Source: an uncultured Methanosarcinales archaeon (GTDB lineage Archaea > Halobacteriota > Methanosarcinia > Methanotrichales > Methanotrichaceae). Taken from it: a stretch of DNA of 64,000 nucleotides. The stretch covers positions 39,631 to 103,630 of the forward strand of contig CAWJKV010000011.1 of NCBI GenBank assembly GCA_963843555.1, given 5' to 3'. Both the position numbers and the translations under genes were made by a program. Each line of letters begins with the position of its first letter. Positions within the stretch are counted from its first letter, which is position 1. Shown piece by piece: positions 48,078 to 60,273 of this stretch. The notes under the pieces were generated by a model. That model had not been told where the DNA came from. It worked only from the letters and a program-made list of their open reading frames with translations, and did not search any database.

Positions 48078-49988
48078 TCAGCTCTCCTCTGTCGCCTTTT
48101 CCTTCTGAGGCACGTGCACTTCAATGGCCAGAGGCTCGGGACAGGTGTAGTAGCAGGCCGCGCAGCCTATGCATCCGTCGCCTGAATAGATTACGTAGCT
48201 GTAGCCGCGGGCGTTCAGCTCCTCGCCCATCTTCAGCACGTTCACTGGGCAGGCCTCAAGGCATCTTCCGCAGGCCTTGCATTCCAGGATGTTGATCAGA
48301 GGATAGGGCTTATCTTTGTCTCTGATGTCAATACGCCGGATCTTTCCGCTTATGGTCTTGGGCAGCTCCTCCACGAATTCGATGATCCTGGGGTACTTGT
48401 AGGGAGCAGTGACCTTCTTTACATGATCCTGCAGCTCTTTTTTCAGCTCCTCGGAAGGGGCATATCCTTTGGTCAGGACCACAGTTGCCTTTACCACCTG
48501 ACCTCGGATGGGGTCCGGCACTCCGGTGATGGCCACTTCCAGAACGGCAGGATGAGACATGAGAGCTGACTCGACCTCGAAAGGCCCCACCCGGTAGCCG
48601 GAACTCTTAATCATATCGTCCGTCCGGCCTATGAACCAGAAGTATCCGTCCTCATCCCGCCAGGCGGTATCACCTGTATGATAGTAATCATCATGCCAGG
48701 TGTTCAGAGTCTTGTCCGGGTCCATATGGTAATCAGTGAAGAGGCCTACGGGCTTTCCCTTGTCGGTCTTGATTACGATCTCGCCTTCTTCGCCCACTTC
48801 GCATACCTTGTTGTTCTTTCCCACCAGGATAATATCGAATCCCGCAGCAGGCTTACCCATGGACCCCGGTTTAGCGGTCATCCAGGGATAGTTGGAGATG
48901 CAAACTACCGTTTCAGTCTGGCCGTAGCCTTCCATCAGTCGCAGGCCCGTGGTCTCCAGGAAGCTCTCATACACCGATGGGTTGAGAGGTTCTCCTGCCG
49001 TGACCGCGTATTTCAACCTGGAAAAGTCGTATCTGGACATGTCGCTCTTGATCATGAACCTGAAGATCGTGGGTGGAGCGCAGAAAGTTGTCACACCGTA
49101 TTTGCCCATCTCGTCCATCATCTTCCCGGCATCAAAGCGATCATAATCGTAGACGAAGACCGCAGATCCGGCCAGCCACTGGCCATAGATCTTGCCCCAG
49201 GCGCATTTGGCCCATCCCGTATCGGCCACAGTGTAATGCAGACCGTCATCCTCCACATTCTGCCAGTACTTGGCTGTGAGGATATGGCCCAGGGGATAGG
49301 TTTGATCGTGCTTGACCATCTTGGGATATCCGGTTGTTCCAGAGGTGAAGTATCCGAGGAGTATATCCTCATTTTTCGTGGCCTGGTCTCCGGCAGGCCG
49401 GATAAAATCGGATGATGCCAGATCCAGCTCTGCATCAAAATTGATCCAGCCTTCCCTCTTCTGGTCTTTGTCTCCCACCAGGGCCTTGACCAGGGGGATG
49501 TTGCCAAGCTCCTTATGCGCTGCGTCGAATTCGCCGGGCACCCCGTTCTCTCCTATGCATATGATCATCCTCAGATCAGCTTTCTTGATGCGATATAGGA
49601 AGTCCTTCGCCTTCAGCATATGCGTGGACGGAATGGAAACGGCGCCGATCTTGTTCAGTCCCACCATGCAGACCCAGAACTCCCAGCGGCTCTTGAGGGT
49701 AAGCATGACCGAGTCGCCTTTCTTTATCCCATATTTTTTAAAGATGTTAGCGGCCTTGTCGCTAAGGATCTTCAGATCTTTGAAGTTGATGGTCTTTGCC
49801 TCTCCGTTATCATTGCACCAGACCAGGGCACGCTTTTGGGGAAATTCCTTGGCATAGACGTCAACTACATCAAATGCGAAGTTGAAGTTCTCTGGGACAA
49901 GGATCTTCAGGTTTTCTTTGAAATCCTCGTATGATTTGAAATCAACTCGCGAGACGAATTTGGGCAATAAAGATGACATTTTTTTCAA
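48078..49988 (-). CDS. AMP-forming acyl-CoA synthetase with in-frame C-terminal 2x[4Fe-4S] ferredoxin (VorC-like)
   Basis: [27 protein letters not shown] and [10 protein letters not shown], then [12 protein letters not shown]...[12 protein letters not shown]. Confidence 0.88.
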   Translation of the reverse strand: MKKMSSLLPKFVSRVDFKSYEDFKENLKILVPENFNFAFDVVDVYAKEFPQKRALVWCNDNGEAKTINFKDLKILSDKAANIFKKYGIKKGDSVMLTLKSRWEFWVCMVGLNKIGAVSIPSTHMLKAKDFLYRIKKADLRMIICIGENGVPGEFDAAHKELGNIPLVKALVGDKDQKREGWINFDAELDLASSDFIRPAGDQATKNEDILLGYFTSGTTGYPKMVKHDQTYPLGHILTAKYWQNVEDDGLHYTVADTGWAKCAWGKIYGQWLAGSAVFVYDYDRFDAGKMMDEMGKYGVTTFCAPPTIFRFMIKSDMSRYDFSRLKYAVTAGEPLNPSVYESFLETTGLRLMEGYGQTETVVCISNYPWMTAKPGSMGKPAAGFDIILVGKNNKVCEVGEEGEIVIKTDKGKPVGLFTDYHMDPDKTLNTWHDDYYHTGDTAWRDEDGYFWFIGRTDDMIKSSGYRVGPFEVESALMSHPAVLEVAITGVPDPIRGQVVKATVVLTKGYAPSEELKKELQDHVKKVTAPYKYPRIIEFVEELPKTISGKIRRIDIRDKDKPYPLINILECKACGRCLEACPVNVLKMGEELNARGYSYVIYSGDGCIGCAACYYTCPEPLAIEVHVPQKEKATEES

Positions 49989-50002
49989 TCCTCTTTGCTC
50001 TC

Positions 50003-50551
50003 CTACATGACCACAGCCAACAGCTTCACTGGCACATCGTTTAAGGCTTCCATAACGTGATCGTACATCGAATCGAAGAATATGGAATCCCCTTCGTTGA
50101 GAACAACCTCGTTGTCGTGGATGGTAATCTTCAAAGTACCCTCGAGCACATATTCGAACTCCTGGCCCGGGTGGCTGTAAAATGATGGTTTACCTTTCTT
50201 GGGATCGATGGTAACGATAAACGGCTCCGCCTTTTTATGGGCAAACTTTCTGGCCAGGCTCTGGTATCTGTACTGCTTTCTGCGCTCAACTTCCACGGCT
50301 TCACCTTTTCTGGTAATGGTGAAGATGTTCATCCTGGATTCTTCGCCTGTTAGCAGCAGTCCCGTATCGACGTTGAGTTTTCGGGCGATGCCGATCAGAA
50401 TGCTGGCTGGAATATCCAATTTACCATCTTCATAGCAGTCATATGTCTCCAAAGGCACATTGAGGTGCTGTGCCATCTCTTTGGACGATACCCGATTCAA
50501 CTCCCTCAGCTCGCGAAGACGTGAGCCGATTTCATCAAGCCTCTCCTTCAT
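50003..50551 (-). CDS. XRE-family HTH plus cupin transcriptional regulator
   Basis: [25 protein letters not shown]...GDSIFFDS..H cupin. Confidence 0.9.
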   Translation of the reverse strand: MKERLDEIGSRLRELRELNRVSSKEMAQHLNVPLETYDCYEDGKLDIPASILIGIARKLNVDTGLLLTGEESRMNIFTITRKGEAVEVERRKQYRYQSLARKFAHKKAEPFIVTIDPKKGKPSFYSHPGQEFEYVLEGTLKITIHDNEVVLNEGDSIFFDSMYDHVMEALNDVPVKLLAVVM

Positions 50552-50964
50552 GCACAATCCTCGGCGCATCCCAAACAACAGGTCCAGAGAAAAAGATCCA
50601 GGCCAATCCGGTAATGCAGGATTGTGACTGCCTCACATGCATATTTGAATCTATCTCAAGAAAAGGTCTATTTGCATTCGTCCTATTTTTAGGGTTTTTC
50701 CCCGTGCATGAATATTTTGATGGAGTGGTTTTCAGGAATGGTTTTCAGAAATGATAGGCCTAAGTTTATAATAAAAGTATGTTTGAATTCTGGTGTTGAC
50801 CTTGAGTCATTCCGCGATCCGCCTTATAATGCAGGCTCGCGAAGGAGATGTCGATCGACTTGATTTGGCGAGACATTACGGTGTCTAGATTTCATCACGA
50901 ATGTTGCCGGCCGCAATTGTCAGTATCAAGTCGATCCACCAGGCAGGCTTAACAATCAAGTCAT

Positions 50965-51345
50965 TTAGGATGTCCAGTCATCCTCATCCAGCCAGCTTTG
51001 GGATCTCTCCTTGGAGCTGACTTGAGCCCCCACTTGCGAATGTATGGCAGTTATCCTCGCTACGGATCTGGCGCGGCTATTCCCGCGCATGAGACAGTAT
51101 GCAATCTCCGGGTCGATGCCGTATTTATTCAAATATGCATCATAGGAGAGATGCTCTCCCAGGCCGGAGATATATATAGGATCGCCGATGATGGGAGTAA
51201 TCTTCCCTGCGGGCAGAATCCATTCGAAACCCTCCGGAAGGAGACAATCCAACCATTCTTCATCCTCTCCCAGGGATTTGTCAGAAACCTCATTCACGAC
51301 TCCACAGTTTTTGCATATGACCTTCTTCAAATCACTCACCTTCAA
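50965..51345 (-). CDS. Hypothetical protein with CxxC motif
   Basis: Intact ORF (TTG start) containing VICKNCG. Confidence 0.55.
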   Translation of the reverse strand: MKVSDLKKVICKNCGVVNEVSDKSLGEDEEWLDCLLPEGFEWILPAGKITPIIGDPIYISGLGEHLSYDAYLNKYGIDPEIAYCLMRGNSRARSVARITAIHSQVGAQVSSKERSQSWLDEDDWTS

Positions 51346-52008
51346 TTAGGTTAAGAAGTCATAACAGTATATATAATTTACCCAAGAGATACAGAATTGG
51401 GACTATGTCACTATTTATATATGAATTCTCATCATTATATTATTAATTAATTATTATTTATTAACTGCAGATATCTAATCGGCCGGAAATTCGAATTATA
51501 TATTTTATGCATTGCGTTTTGCCCAAGAATCACTTCCCACATATACATCTCAATATTCAAATAGATTTTTAAAAAAAATTATTAGAATATGATCAATTTT
51601 TCTTATCATACGAACGAAAATTTCTTCTCCTGGCAACCTCTTTGAACTAAATTCGCGAGCAATCTAATCTTCAGGAATATTTGTATTTAAAAAGAGGGAT
51701 GGATTCCAGTTCTTGATGTCACCGGAAATCACTACTTACCCTTTTCGAACTGTCACACTTCAGTTGCCAATTTTTCAACCAGCCAAAGTTGGGTGCAGGA
51801 GCTCTCAAAGGGATCGATATGGCAGATAGGTCAGATTATGGCCGAAATCTAGTCCATTTTAAATGTAAAGAAAATCAAAAGATGTCTTGATAGGTGTGTC
51901 TGGATCAGATAAAGATGAACATGATAGGCACATGGAAACGGACAATTTAGACATAATAAATTTCTTCAGTCGCAAGGGTTATAAACTTCAAAAAATATCT
52001 ATATATGT

Positions 52009-53609
52009 ATGAAGGACTTTGCTGGATCGAGGAGTACTTATTACAGCCTGGCTCAGGAGAAATTGAGAGGGAACCATCCCAGGGTATTCAACATTCTCTT
52101 GATATTGGTATTGATCACCATGACCGGTCTTGCAGCATTTCTGCTATCGGATATCATATCATTTGGATTGAATTCCGATCACAAGAGTGTCCTGGCTGGC
52201 CTCGAAGACCAAGACCTGTTGAAGAGCATCATGTCAGCAATCAATTGGAACGAGAAGAACATAAAACCGGCCGTCCTGCACAATCCAGTGGTACAAAAAG
52301 GAGGGCTTATTGGTCTTTCTGTTGCCAATTCATCTCCGAAGATGAGTGTTACAGGTCGTCTGGACGCGAATATATCGGGAGAGGAAAGTAGCAGTCTCTT
52401 CCAAATGCATGGTTCAAGCCAGAAAGCAAAGAAACGGAACCCCTCCAATTCATCACCAATGCCGAATTCTTTCTCCTCGAACCGAATTTCAAGCGACTCC
52501 GCTGTCAGGAACACTGCCTCAGGCACCGGCTCGAATAAGCTCATCAAAGAGAAAGTAACAACGACTTCGAAACTAAAGCATCAAGGCTCCTATCGAGAAA
52601 CACCAATCTCGCAATCTCTAAAACAAAAAGAGATACAGCAAGACCTAAATTATTCAATTAACACACAGACGAGAATAGCACACAAGTCAATAGCACACAA
52701 GTCAATAGCACACAAGTCAATAGCACACAAGTCAATAGCACACAAGTCATTAACACGCAAGCGAATAGCACGCAAGTCAATAGCACGCAATTGAGCAACA
52801 TCCGGGCCGACAATACCTCGATAGACCAATTACAGACAAAAGAGACCTCAACTATCAAGTCAATAATAGATGAAACGTCGATAAGCCAGCCACAGACAAA
52901 TCAATCTCCTCCCAAAAGCTCCCAAATAATTCTATCCCAAATAAATGCTGCAGAAGCTTATTCTTCACAATTGAATCCGTCCTCAAACAAACCTCTATTA
53001 AGTGAAACCAGAACAATTGAGGAACCTGCAGTAAAGGAACCTGCAAAGGAAGAGATCAAAAACGGCGACGGTCTCTCAGAAAATAGAAATAAGAAAACCT
53101 CAAGGGGAAACTCTCCTGCAAATCCTGTGGCGTCCCCTACCACCGAGGCTCAAAATACTGCGGAAAAGATAGCTTTGACAAAAAGTGCTGCAGATATTCG
53201 TGCCGATGGTCCTGACGATCCGGCAAAGGACGTTTCTGCCAAGAATACCTTGGAAATTAAGTTCAAAACGGATTCGACCATAAATCCAAAATCCGAGAAG
53301 GGCCAGGGTAGCCACTATGAAGGTGCAGGGGCCGTCTCTGGTGCCAATGCACCATCGAGCCCTATAACATCGGAAAGCAGCCCGGCACAGTATAAGAAAA
53401 ATGACGCTCGAAACTCGAGAGATTCGACATCGATCTCAAAATCACCCGCCAGAGGAAAGGGGAGTGGGTCTGCGCGAAAGCAAAAGCCTGCCGTGACCAG
53501 CAAAACCCAAAAAGCCCAGGAAAACAGGTATCAGAAGATAGCCAACAAAAATCGGCTCGCAGAGAATGCGAAGAAAAAGGCAGCACTGGCAAGGGAAAGG
53601 GCGAGATAG
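52009..53609 (+). CDS. Membrane-anchored Ser/Thr/Asn/Lys-rich low-complexity protein; two ORFs joined by removing 2 nt at 52672-52673
   Basis: N-terminal TM helix; the repaired frame gives INTQT-(NSTQV)n and continues into ORF 52791-53609. Confidence 0.65.
52674..52793 (+). repeat. 15-bp tandem repeat AATAGCACACAAGTC (5 perfect plus 3 variant units)
   Basis: Read directly from the sequence. Confidence 0.95.
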
Positions 53610-53667
53610 AAATTGCCTCAGGCCCAAACGAAACAATTTATATTTTGAGCTTCCTGTGTATCTGCAA

Positions 53668-54354
53668 ATGATGCGATTTACCGCCTACGTCTCAGGTAGA
53701 ATCCAACGGGTAGGCTATCGGGCTAGGATCGTTGATCTGGCCAGGGAGATGGGTCTGTCAGGCCTGGTACAGAATCGTCCAGACGGACGGGTTCTTGTTA
53801 TTGCCGAGGGAGAGAAGCAAACCCTGGAGAAGTTTGCGGCTGCCCTTCAGATAAAAAATACCTTTATCGAAGTGAAGGGTATCAGCTTGGAGTATTCTCC
53901 AGGATCAGGAGGATTTTCAGACTTTCGCAAAATCACTGGTCCTGACGAGGTTGGAGAGCGTCTTGACGACGGCATTGAGATCCTAAAAGAGATGGTCACG
54001 AGCCTGAATAGCCTGAACGGCAAAATGGATCAATCGCTCAACAAGCAGGACCAAATGCTGGGCAAACAGGATCAGATGCTCGACAAACAGGATCAGATGC
54101 TCGACAAACAGGATCAGATGCTCGACAAACAGGATCAGATGCTCGACAAACAGGATCAGATGCTCGACAAACAGGACCAGATGCTCGACAAACAGGATCA
54201 GATGCTCGACAAACAGGATGATACCATAACGGAGATTCGAGGACTCAGAGGCGATTTGAAGACCCATATGGACATGAGGTTTGAGCGCATTGAAGCAGAC
54301 CTCGCGGAGCTGAAAGAGATGAAGACAGCGCTCAAAGAGAAAGGCATCATCTAG
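53668..54354 (+). CDS. Acylphosphatase domain plus coiled-coil with KQDQML heptad repeats
   Basis: VSGRIQRVGYR and GLVQNRPDGRV acylphosphatase motifs. Confidence 0.85.
   Translation: MMRFTAYVSGRIQRVGYRARIVDLAREMGLSGLVQNRPDGRVLVIAEGEKQTLEKFAAALQIKNTFIEVKGISLEYSPGSGGFSDFRKITGPDEVGERLDDGIEILKEMVTSLNSLNGKMDQSLNKQDQMLGKQDQMLDKQDQMLDKQDQMLDKQDQMLDKQDQMLDKQDQMLDKQDQMLDKQDDTITEIRGLRGDLKTHMDMRFERIEADLAELKEMKTALKEKGII
54040..54219 (+). repeat. 21-bp coding tandem repeat GACAAACAGGATCAGATGCTC (about 8.5 units)
   Basis: Read directly from the sequence; translates as xKQDQML. Confidence 0.95.
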
Positions 54355-54417
54355 TCCCTAATGTCCGGAATTGTTGACGGATATCTTTACTTACAATAAT
54401 CGCACCTAGGGTTTCAG

Positions 54418-54840
54418 GTGATTGATATGTTTCCCGGATTAGGAGGTTTAGGCGGCAGGGGTGGCATGAGCCCCAAGAAGATGAAAGGCATGCTGAAGAA
54501 CATGGGTATAGATATCGAGGAGCTCGAGAATGTTCTAGAGGTCGTCATTCGCATGCCGGACAGGGAGATTGTCATAGAAAACGCTTCCGTCGCGATCATG
54601 GATGCCCATGGTACGCGCAGCTTCCAGATCTCAGGCGATGCCAGAGAACGTTCCATATCCGAAAATGCTCCCGGACCTGCTCTCGAAACCGCTCAAGAAG
54701 AGCCCGAATTAGAGATCTTGGACTCCGACGTTGATCTGGTTGTCGCTCAGACAGGTGCAAAGATGGAAGATGCGAAGGCGGCCCTGATAGAGGCCAAAGG
54801 AGACCTGGCAGCAGCGATAATGTCGCTAGCTCCAAAGTAA
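54418..54840 (+). CDS. nac: Nascent polypeptide-associated complex protein
   Basis: GMSPKKMKGMLKNMGID NAC domain plus C-terminal UBA (DVDLVVAQTG...GDLAAAIM). Confidence 0.92.
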   Translation: MIDMFPGLGGLGGRGGMSPKKMKGMLKNMGIDIEELENVLEVVIRMPDREIVIENASVAIMDAHGTRSFQISGDARERSISENAPGPALETAQEEPELEILDSDVDLVVAQTGAKMEDAKAALIEAKGDLAAAIMSLAPK

Positions 54841-54844
54841 ATCT

Positions 54845-56617
54845 TTGCCAGGTAATCTTGTGAATAACGAGATTAGAACTCTTCGCGACCCCGTCCATGG
54901 GGCCATCCAAATAGATGAGCTGGAGTGGCTTCTCATCCGCTCCAGACCTATGCAGCGACTGAAGGGCATAAAGCAACTGGGCCTGGTGGAGACTGTCTAT
55001 CCCGGGGCCAATCATACCAGGTTCGAGCATTCCCTGGGAACCATGTTCGTGGCCGGTCTAATGGCTGAGCACCTGGGTCTTTGTGCCGAGGAAGTGAGGA
55101 CAGTTCGGCTGGCGGGGCTCCTGCACGACCTGGGACATTCGGCCCTCTCTCACGCCGTGGAAGGGGTTCTCAGCCGCAACCCCGACATTCAGCCCCTCCT
55201 GGGAGGCAAGCGCGCTTCAAGGCATGAGGAGTTCACTCGCGAGACAATAACCACTCATCCCTTCGGAGAGGATGTCGTCCGTACAGTGGAAAGAGATTTC
55301 GGCAATGCTGATACTCTCTTCCAGGAGGTAGCAGATATAGCTTCGGGGGCCAGGCCTCCCCTGGGCCAGATCATCGTCGGAGACCTTGATGCAGACAGAA
55401 TAGACTTTCTGCTGAGAGACTCGCATCACTCCGGCGTCTCCCTGGGATTGGTGGACACAGATCAGATTCTTCAGGCCCTCACCATAAGCAAAGGACGAAT
55501 CACACTTGCGGGCGTTGGCGACTACAGGGCGGAGATGTCCCAGACTGCCGCAGAATCGATGCTCATTGCTCGATCGCATCACTACAATGCTCTCATCTAT
55601 CATCCAACAGTCCAATCTATCAGGGCCATGCTGCTGACGGCTTTGGAAAATGCGCTGGCAAAGATGGAAGCAGATGAAGCCCAAAGCAGGATTGTTCTCT
55701 TCTTCCGGGAATATACGGACCCGGATCTTCTCAGGTTCATCTGGGAGAAGGGAGACGATGTCTCGCATGAACTCCTGCAACGCATAAAATATGGCCGGGA
55801 GCTTCCTCTGGCAGCCAGGTTCGACCATAGATCTCTGGCGCCGGATATCAGAATGGCACTTTCCACCATCTCTCGCCACGGACGCATGAGAAAGCTTTTC
55901 GAGGACTCTCTGGGTAAGAAATATGGGGCTCTTGTAAATATCACTGTGGGCAGCGGCGTGCCGCGATCCATGAGAACAGAGGCCAATGGTTTTCTCTATG
56001 ACGAGTCTGCTCTGGCGGCGGGCCTTGTCAAGTCTTTGACCCGCCAGATCGCCGTATCCTTCTTTTCGGATGGAACTGCCGAGATCTCGCTGCATGAGGT
56101 GAGGGAGCAGGCGGCAAAACTCTTGAGCTTTATTCGTTCCGAGAGCTATCTTCCCATCGATGGCCTCTTGCTGCTTTTCTACACATTGCACAATATGCTT
56201 TCCGAGACATATGGTCAGAAGATCCTCGTTCCCAGGATCAGAAACATAACCTGGCTCTACAGGACGGTGGCCAGGCTAAAGGATCTGGGTCCCGCCAGTC
56301 TTTCCGGCCTCTTTGATTACTCCTTCCACTCCGATTACGGCTTTCCCTACAGCGAGCGGCTCTTTGAAGACATCCAGATCCTTGTGGCCATGGGCATGAT
56401 CTATCAGGATCAAAGGCATTATGAGCTGAATGGTCAGTGGCTGCAGAGGTATGAATACATGCTTACGGCAGAAGGAATAAAGTATGCCTATGAGATAGAC
56501 GGCTCTTACAGTAAAGAGGCGGAGCAGCTTCAAATTCGTCTGTTGAAAGAGAAACACACCATTCCCTATGATGTTGTGAGCCTTCACCTCAAGAGGTACA
56601 GGGGAACAAAGTCATAA
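54845..56617 (+). CDS. HD-domain phosphohydrolase (SAMHD1/YwfO-like) with C-terminal winged-helix-like domain
   Basis: RDPVHG, QRLKGIKQLG, HTRFEHSLG, LLHDLGH and DADRIDFLLRD. Confidence 0.85.
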   Translation: MPGNLVNNEIRTLRDPVHGAIQIDELEWLLIRSRPMQRLKGIKQLGLVETVYPGANHTRFEHSLGTMFVAGLMAEHLGLCAEEVRTVRLAGLLHDLGHSALSHAVEGVLSRNPDIQPLLGGKRASRHEEFTRETITTHPFGEDVVRTVERDFGNADTLFQEVADIASGARPPLGQIIVGDLDADRIDFLLRDSHHSGVSLGLVDTDQILQALTISKGRITLAGVGDYRAEMSQTAAESMLIARSHHYNALIYHPTVQSIRAMLLTALENALAKMEADEAQSRIVLFFREYTDPDLLRFIWEKGDDVSHELLQRIKYGRELPLAARFDHRSLAPDIRMALSTISRHGRMRKLFEDSLGKKYGALVNITVGSGVPRSMRTEANGFLYDESALAAGLVKSLTRQIAVSFFSDGTAEISLHEVREQAAKLLSFIRSESYLPIDGLLLLFYTLHNMLSETYGQKILVPRIRNITWLYRTVARLKDLGPASLSGLFDYSFHSDYGFPYSERLFEDIQILVAMGMIYQDQRHYELNGQWLQRYEYMLTAEGIKYAYEIDGSYSKEAEQLQIRLLKEKHTIPYDVVSLHLKRYRGTKS

Positions 56618-56716
56618 ATGCTAATCTTGGATCCCTTAACTTTTAGAAGGCCTCTCAGGATAAAAAATCCAAGATCATATGGGAATCAAGATTCAAAGAT
56701 CTATAAATTATTAGTT

Positions 56717-56744
56717 GACAGGCCGCCTTGGTGAGCTGCCTGTC
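56717..56744. terminator. Possible hairpin between convergent genes
   Basis: GACAGG...CCTGTC inverted repeat next to an A-run (a T-run on the minus strand). Confidence 0.3.
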
Positions 56745-56770
56745 GCCCTTGAAAAAGGATTAGGTTCAGT

Positions 56771-57223
56771 TCAGCTCATCTGACCCTTGGTGTAGACGCC
56801 TTCTTTGTATACCGCAACTGGTGTGGAAGGTGTCCAGGCATCATCCAGGAATTGATAAATGCTCTCTCCAGTCCAGGCAATCTTATTGGACTGTCCTGCA
56901 GTGGCAGGGGTATAGACGGGAGAGGCGGCAGCGGTTGTGACATTGGTTTCATTCAGGAAATCGTAAATGGCATAGGTGGCATTGGAAGTAGTGTTGTTGC
57001 TGAAGGATCCCTTTGCGAAGGGCAAGTTATCGTTTGGACGAGGAGCTACAAAACTGGTCGGCGTCCAGCTATCGTTCAGGAAAGCTGCCATAGAAGGTGT
57101 GGTCAACATGTCGGCCATTTCTGGATCGGTCATTTCAAAGGGTGCTGGAGGTAAGCCCATGGCTGCAGGCAATAGCCCGCCCATAGCCATCAGAGCAATC
57201 AGCACAAGTATAATATGTCTCAT
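56771..57223 (-). CDS. Secreted hypothetical protein with internal FLxDxWTP repeats
   Basis: Signal peptide; FLNDSWTP, FLNETNVT and FLDDAWTP. Confidence 0.65.
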   Translation of the reverse strand: MRHIILVLIALMAMGGLLPAAMGLPPAPFEMTDPEMADMLTTPSMAAFLNDSWTPTSFVAPRPNDNLPFAKGSFSNNTTSNATYAIYDFLNETNVTTAAASPVYTPATAGQSNKIAWTGESIYQFLDDAWTPSTPVAVYKEGVYTKGQMS

Positions 57224-57316
57224 AAGGCTTCATTTCCATCAGGTACGCATAAAGCTTTCCGTCGGTAGGGGCCCTTCCGGGGCAATGGATAGTCATTCCT
57301 GATTTATCTGAAATCA

Positions 57317-58237
57317 TTATCCGTCCTGCAATGCTTTCAGCTCAGATGTGCTCGTTTCCGGGTGCTGTGCCAGGTATTTTGCCACCCGGGGACAGTGCAC
57401 AAGCCGGCAATCGATGCAGGTCCAGAACCTCTTTCCTCTCTTAGTTCTCACGTACTTGCCAAGCTCTGTATCCTTGCAGGGATAAAGAGGGCAGAAACAG
57501 TGGGCGCAATCCTGATCCGGGAAATGATGGCATGGATAGAATTCGCAGTTCGATCTACCCGTGGCCTGCACGGGTTCATTCAGGGACTCTCTGATCAAAC
57601 ACGGATCGTCGGTCACCAGTCCGTCCGCACCCAACCTGAGAAGCCAGCTCGCCGAATCTCTTGTATTGACGGTCCAGGGGTAGACCGACAGGCCCTTCTG
57701 GTGTGCCTCTTTGAAGAGCCGGGGGTTGATTCTCTTCGGAAAAATAGCATCCGCTCTTGCCCAAAGGGCTAGCTGCACAGGCTTTATGGGCAGCGATGCG
57801 ATGATGATCCCCGTCCGAAGATCAGAAATATCTTTTATTTCGTATAGACTGCTGTGATAGTAGGATGTCACAATGCAATTGCTGCCTGACAGGGCCTCTG
57901 CCACCAGCTCTTCCAGGCCCTCTTCCTTCATCTCCACAACCAGGCCCAGATCCAGCTTTTTTGCCAGAATTAAGGCCTCTCCTAAAGTAGGGATCTCCTG
58001 GCCGCGCACACGCAAGGCTTTGAGTTCTTTGAGGTCCAGCTCTTCTACCAGACCTTTGCCGTTGGTGGTCCTGTCCACACTTTCATCATGCATCAAAACA
58101 AGTTCGCCGTCGCGGGAAAGCCGGACATCAAGCTCCACATAATCGGCTCTGCACAATGCTGCGGCCCGGATGCCCTCCAGGGTATTCTCCGGCGCGAGGG
58201 CCCCGGCGCCTCTGTGACTTATCACTAAAGCCATCAT
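57317..58237 (-). CDS. Glycerophosphodiester phosphodiesterase fused to a cysteine-rich small domain
   Basis: SHRGA..APENT, ELDVRLSRDG, HD, WTVN and GLVTD, then CEFYPCH...CxxCFCPLYPC...WTCIDC. Confidence 0.88.
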   Translation of the reverse strand: MMALVISHRGAGALAPENTLEGIRAAALCRADYVELDVRLSRDGELVLMHDESVDRTTNGKGLVEELDLKELKALRVRGQEIPTLGEALILAKKLDLGLVVEMKEEGLEELVAEALSGSNCIVTSYYHSSLYEIKDISDLRTGIIIASLPIKPVQLALWARADAIFPKRINPRLFKEAHQKGLSVYPWTVNTRDSASWLLRLGADGLVTDDPCLIRESLNEPVQATGRSNCEFYPCHHFPDQDCAHCFCPLYPCKDTELGKYVRTKRGKRFWTCIDCRLVHCPRVAKYLAQHPETSTSELKALQDG

Positions 58238-58322
58238 AGCCGGAAATGCCAGGAAAATATATCACTTTTTGCCTATAGCCTGGCAAAGGGTTATACTTCA
58301 AGAGGGATACCGGGAAGATTGA

Positions 58323-59468
<1,146 letters not shown>

Positions 59469-59600
59469 AAAATGAAAGGTAATAAATAATAGTTCATTTT
59501 TCTCGCCAAGCCATTTGTTCGGAACCTTTATAATTTACTCTAGTTAATAAGAAAAGGCAAAGGAGGAAGAATAACGAATTCGAAGTCGGTTCAAGTCTCC

Positions 59601-60068
59601 TTGGCGCTGGTCACCTTGGCGCTGATTTTGACCTTTATGGCTCCGGCCTGTGCTACTGAAAATGAGACATCGCTCGATTGGTTTATGAAAGGCTATAGCC
59701 TATATAACCAGGAAAAATTTAGCGAATCTCTTGATGCCTATAATAGGGCTCTTTTGCTTGATCCGAAGGATTTTGAGGCATGGAATAACAGGGGAATTGA
59801 CCTTGGCATCCTTGGCAAGTACGACGATGCCCTCATGTCCTTTGAGAATGCCGTGGCCCTCAATGAGTCCTATGCTGAGGCCTGGTACAATATGGGCGTG
59901 GTTTATGATATAAAAGGAGATTTCCCCACTGCCGTCCAGGCATACAAGAAAGCAACCCAGATCGATCCATCCTATCAAAAGGCCTTTGTGAGAAGAAATG
60001 TAGATACGGATGTATTAATGTCGCGTTCTCTCTCTTGTGCCTGCAAGGATCAGATTGCTTTGATCTAA
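59601..60068 (+). CDS. Secreted TPR protein
   Basis: Signal peptide; AWNNRG and AWYNMG TPR units. Confidence 0.85.
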   Translation: MALVTLALILTFMAPACATENETSLDWFMKGYSLYNQEKFSESLDAYNRALLLDPKDFEAWNNRGIDLGILGKYDDALMSFENAVALNESYAEAWYNMGVVYDIKGDFPTAVQAYKKATQIDPSYQKAFVRRNVDTDVLMSRSLSCACKDQIALI

Positions 60069-60273
60069 GAGTCATGATTCATGAGATGTATATGATTCGA
60101 TAAGCGGATCGATGGAGCGGGGCTGAGGGTAAGGCGGGGCTGAGAGGAAGTGACTATGGCACTTGATTTCCTCTTTCGCCCGCTTATGTTTCTTTGTGGC
60201 GGAGGTCTCAAGCATTGGCCGGAGATCTATTCTTGCTGTCGTTTCTATTCTAATGATAACGACTCCCATCTTT

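Noticed and set aside
51360..52000. AT-rich intergenic region as a replication origin
   Set aside because: No ORB repeats or cdc6/orc1 nearby; it is compatible with divergent promoters.
52674..54219. 15-bp and 21-bp tandem repeats as CRISPR
   Set aside because: There are no spacers; both are in-frame coding VNTRs.
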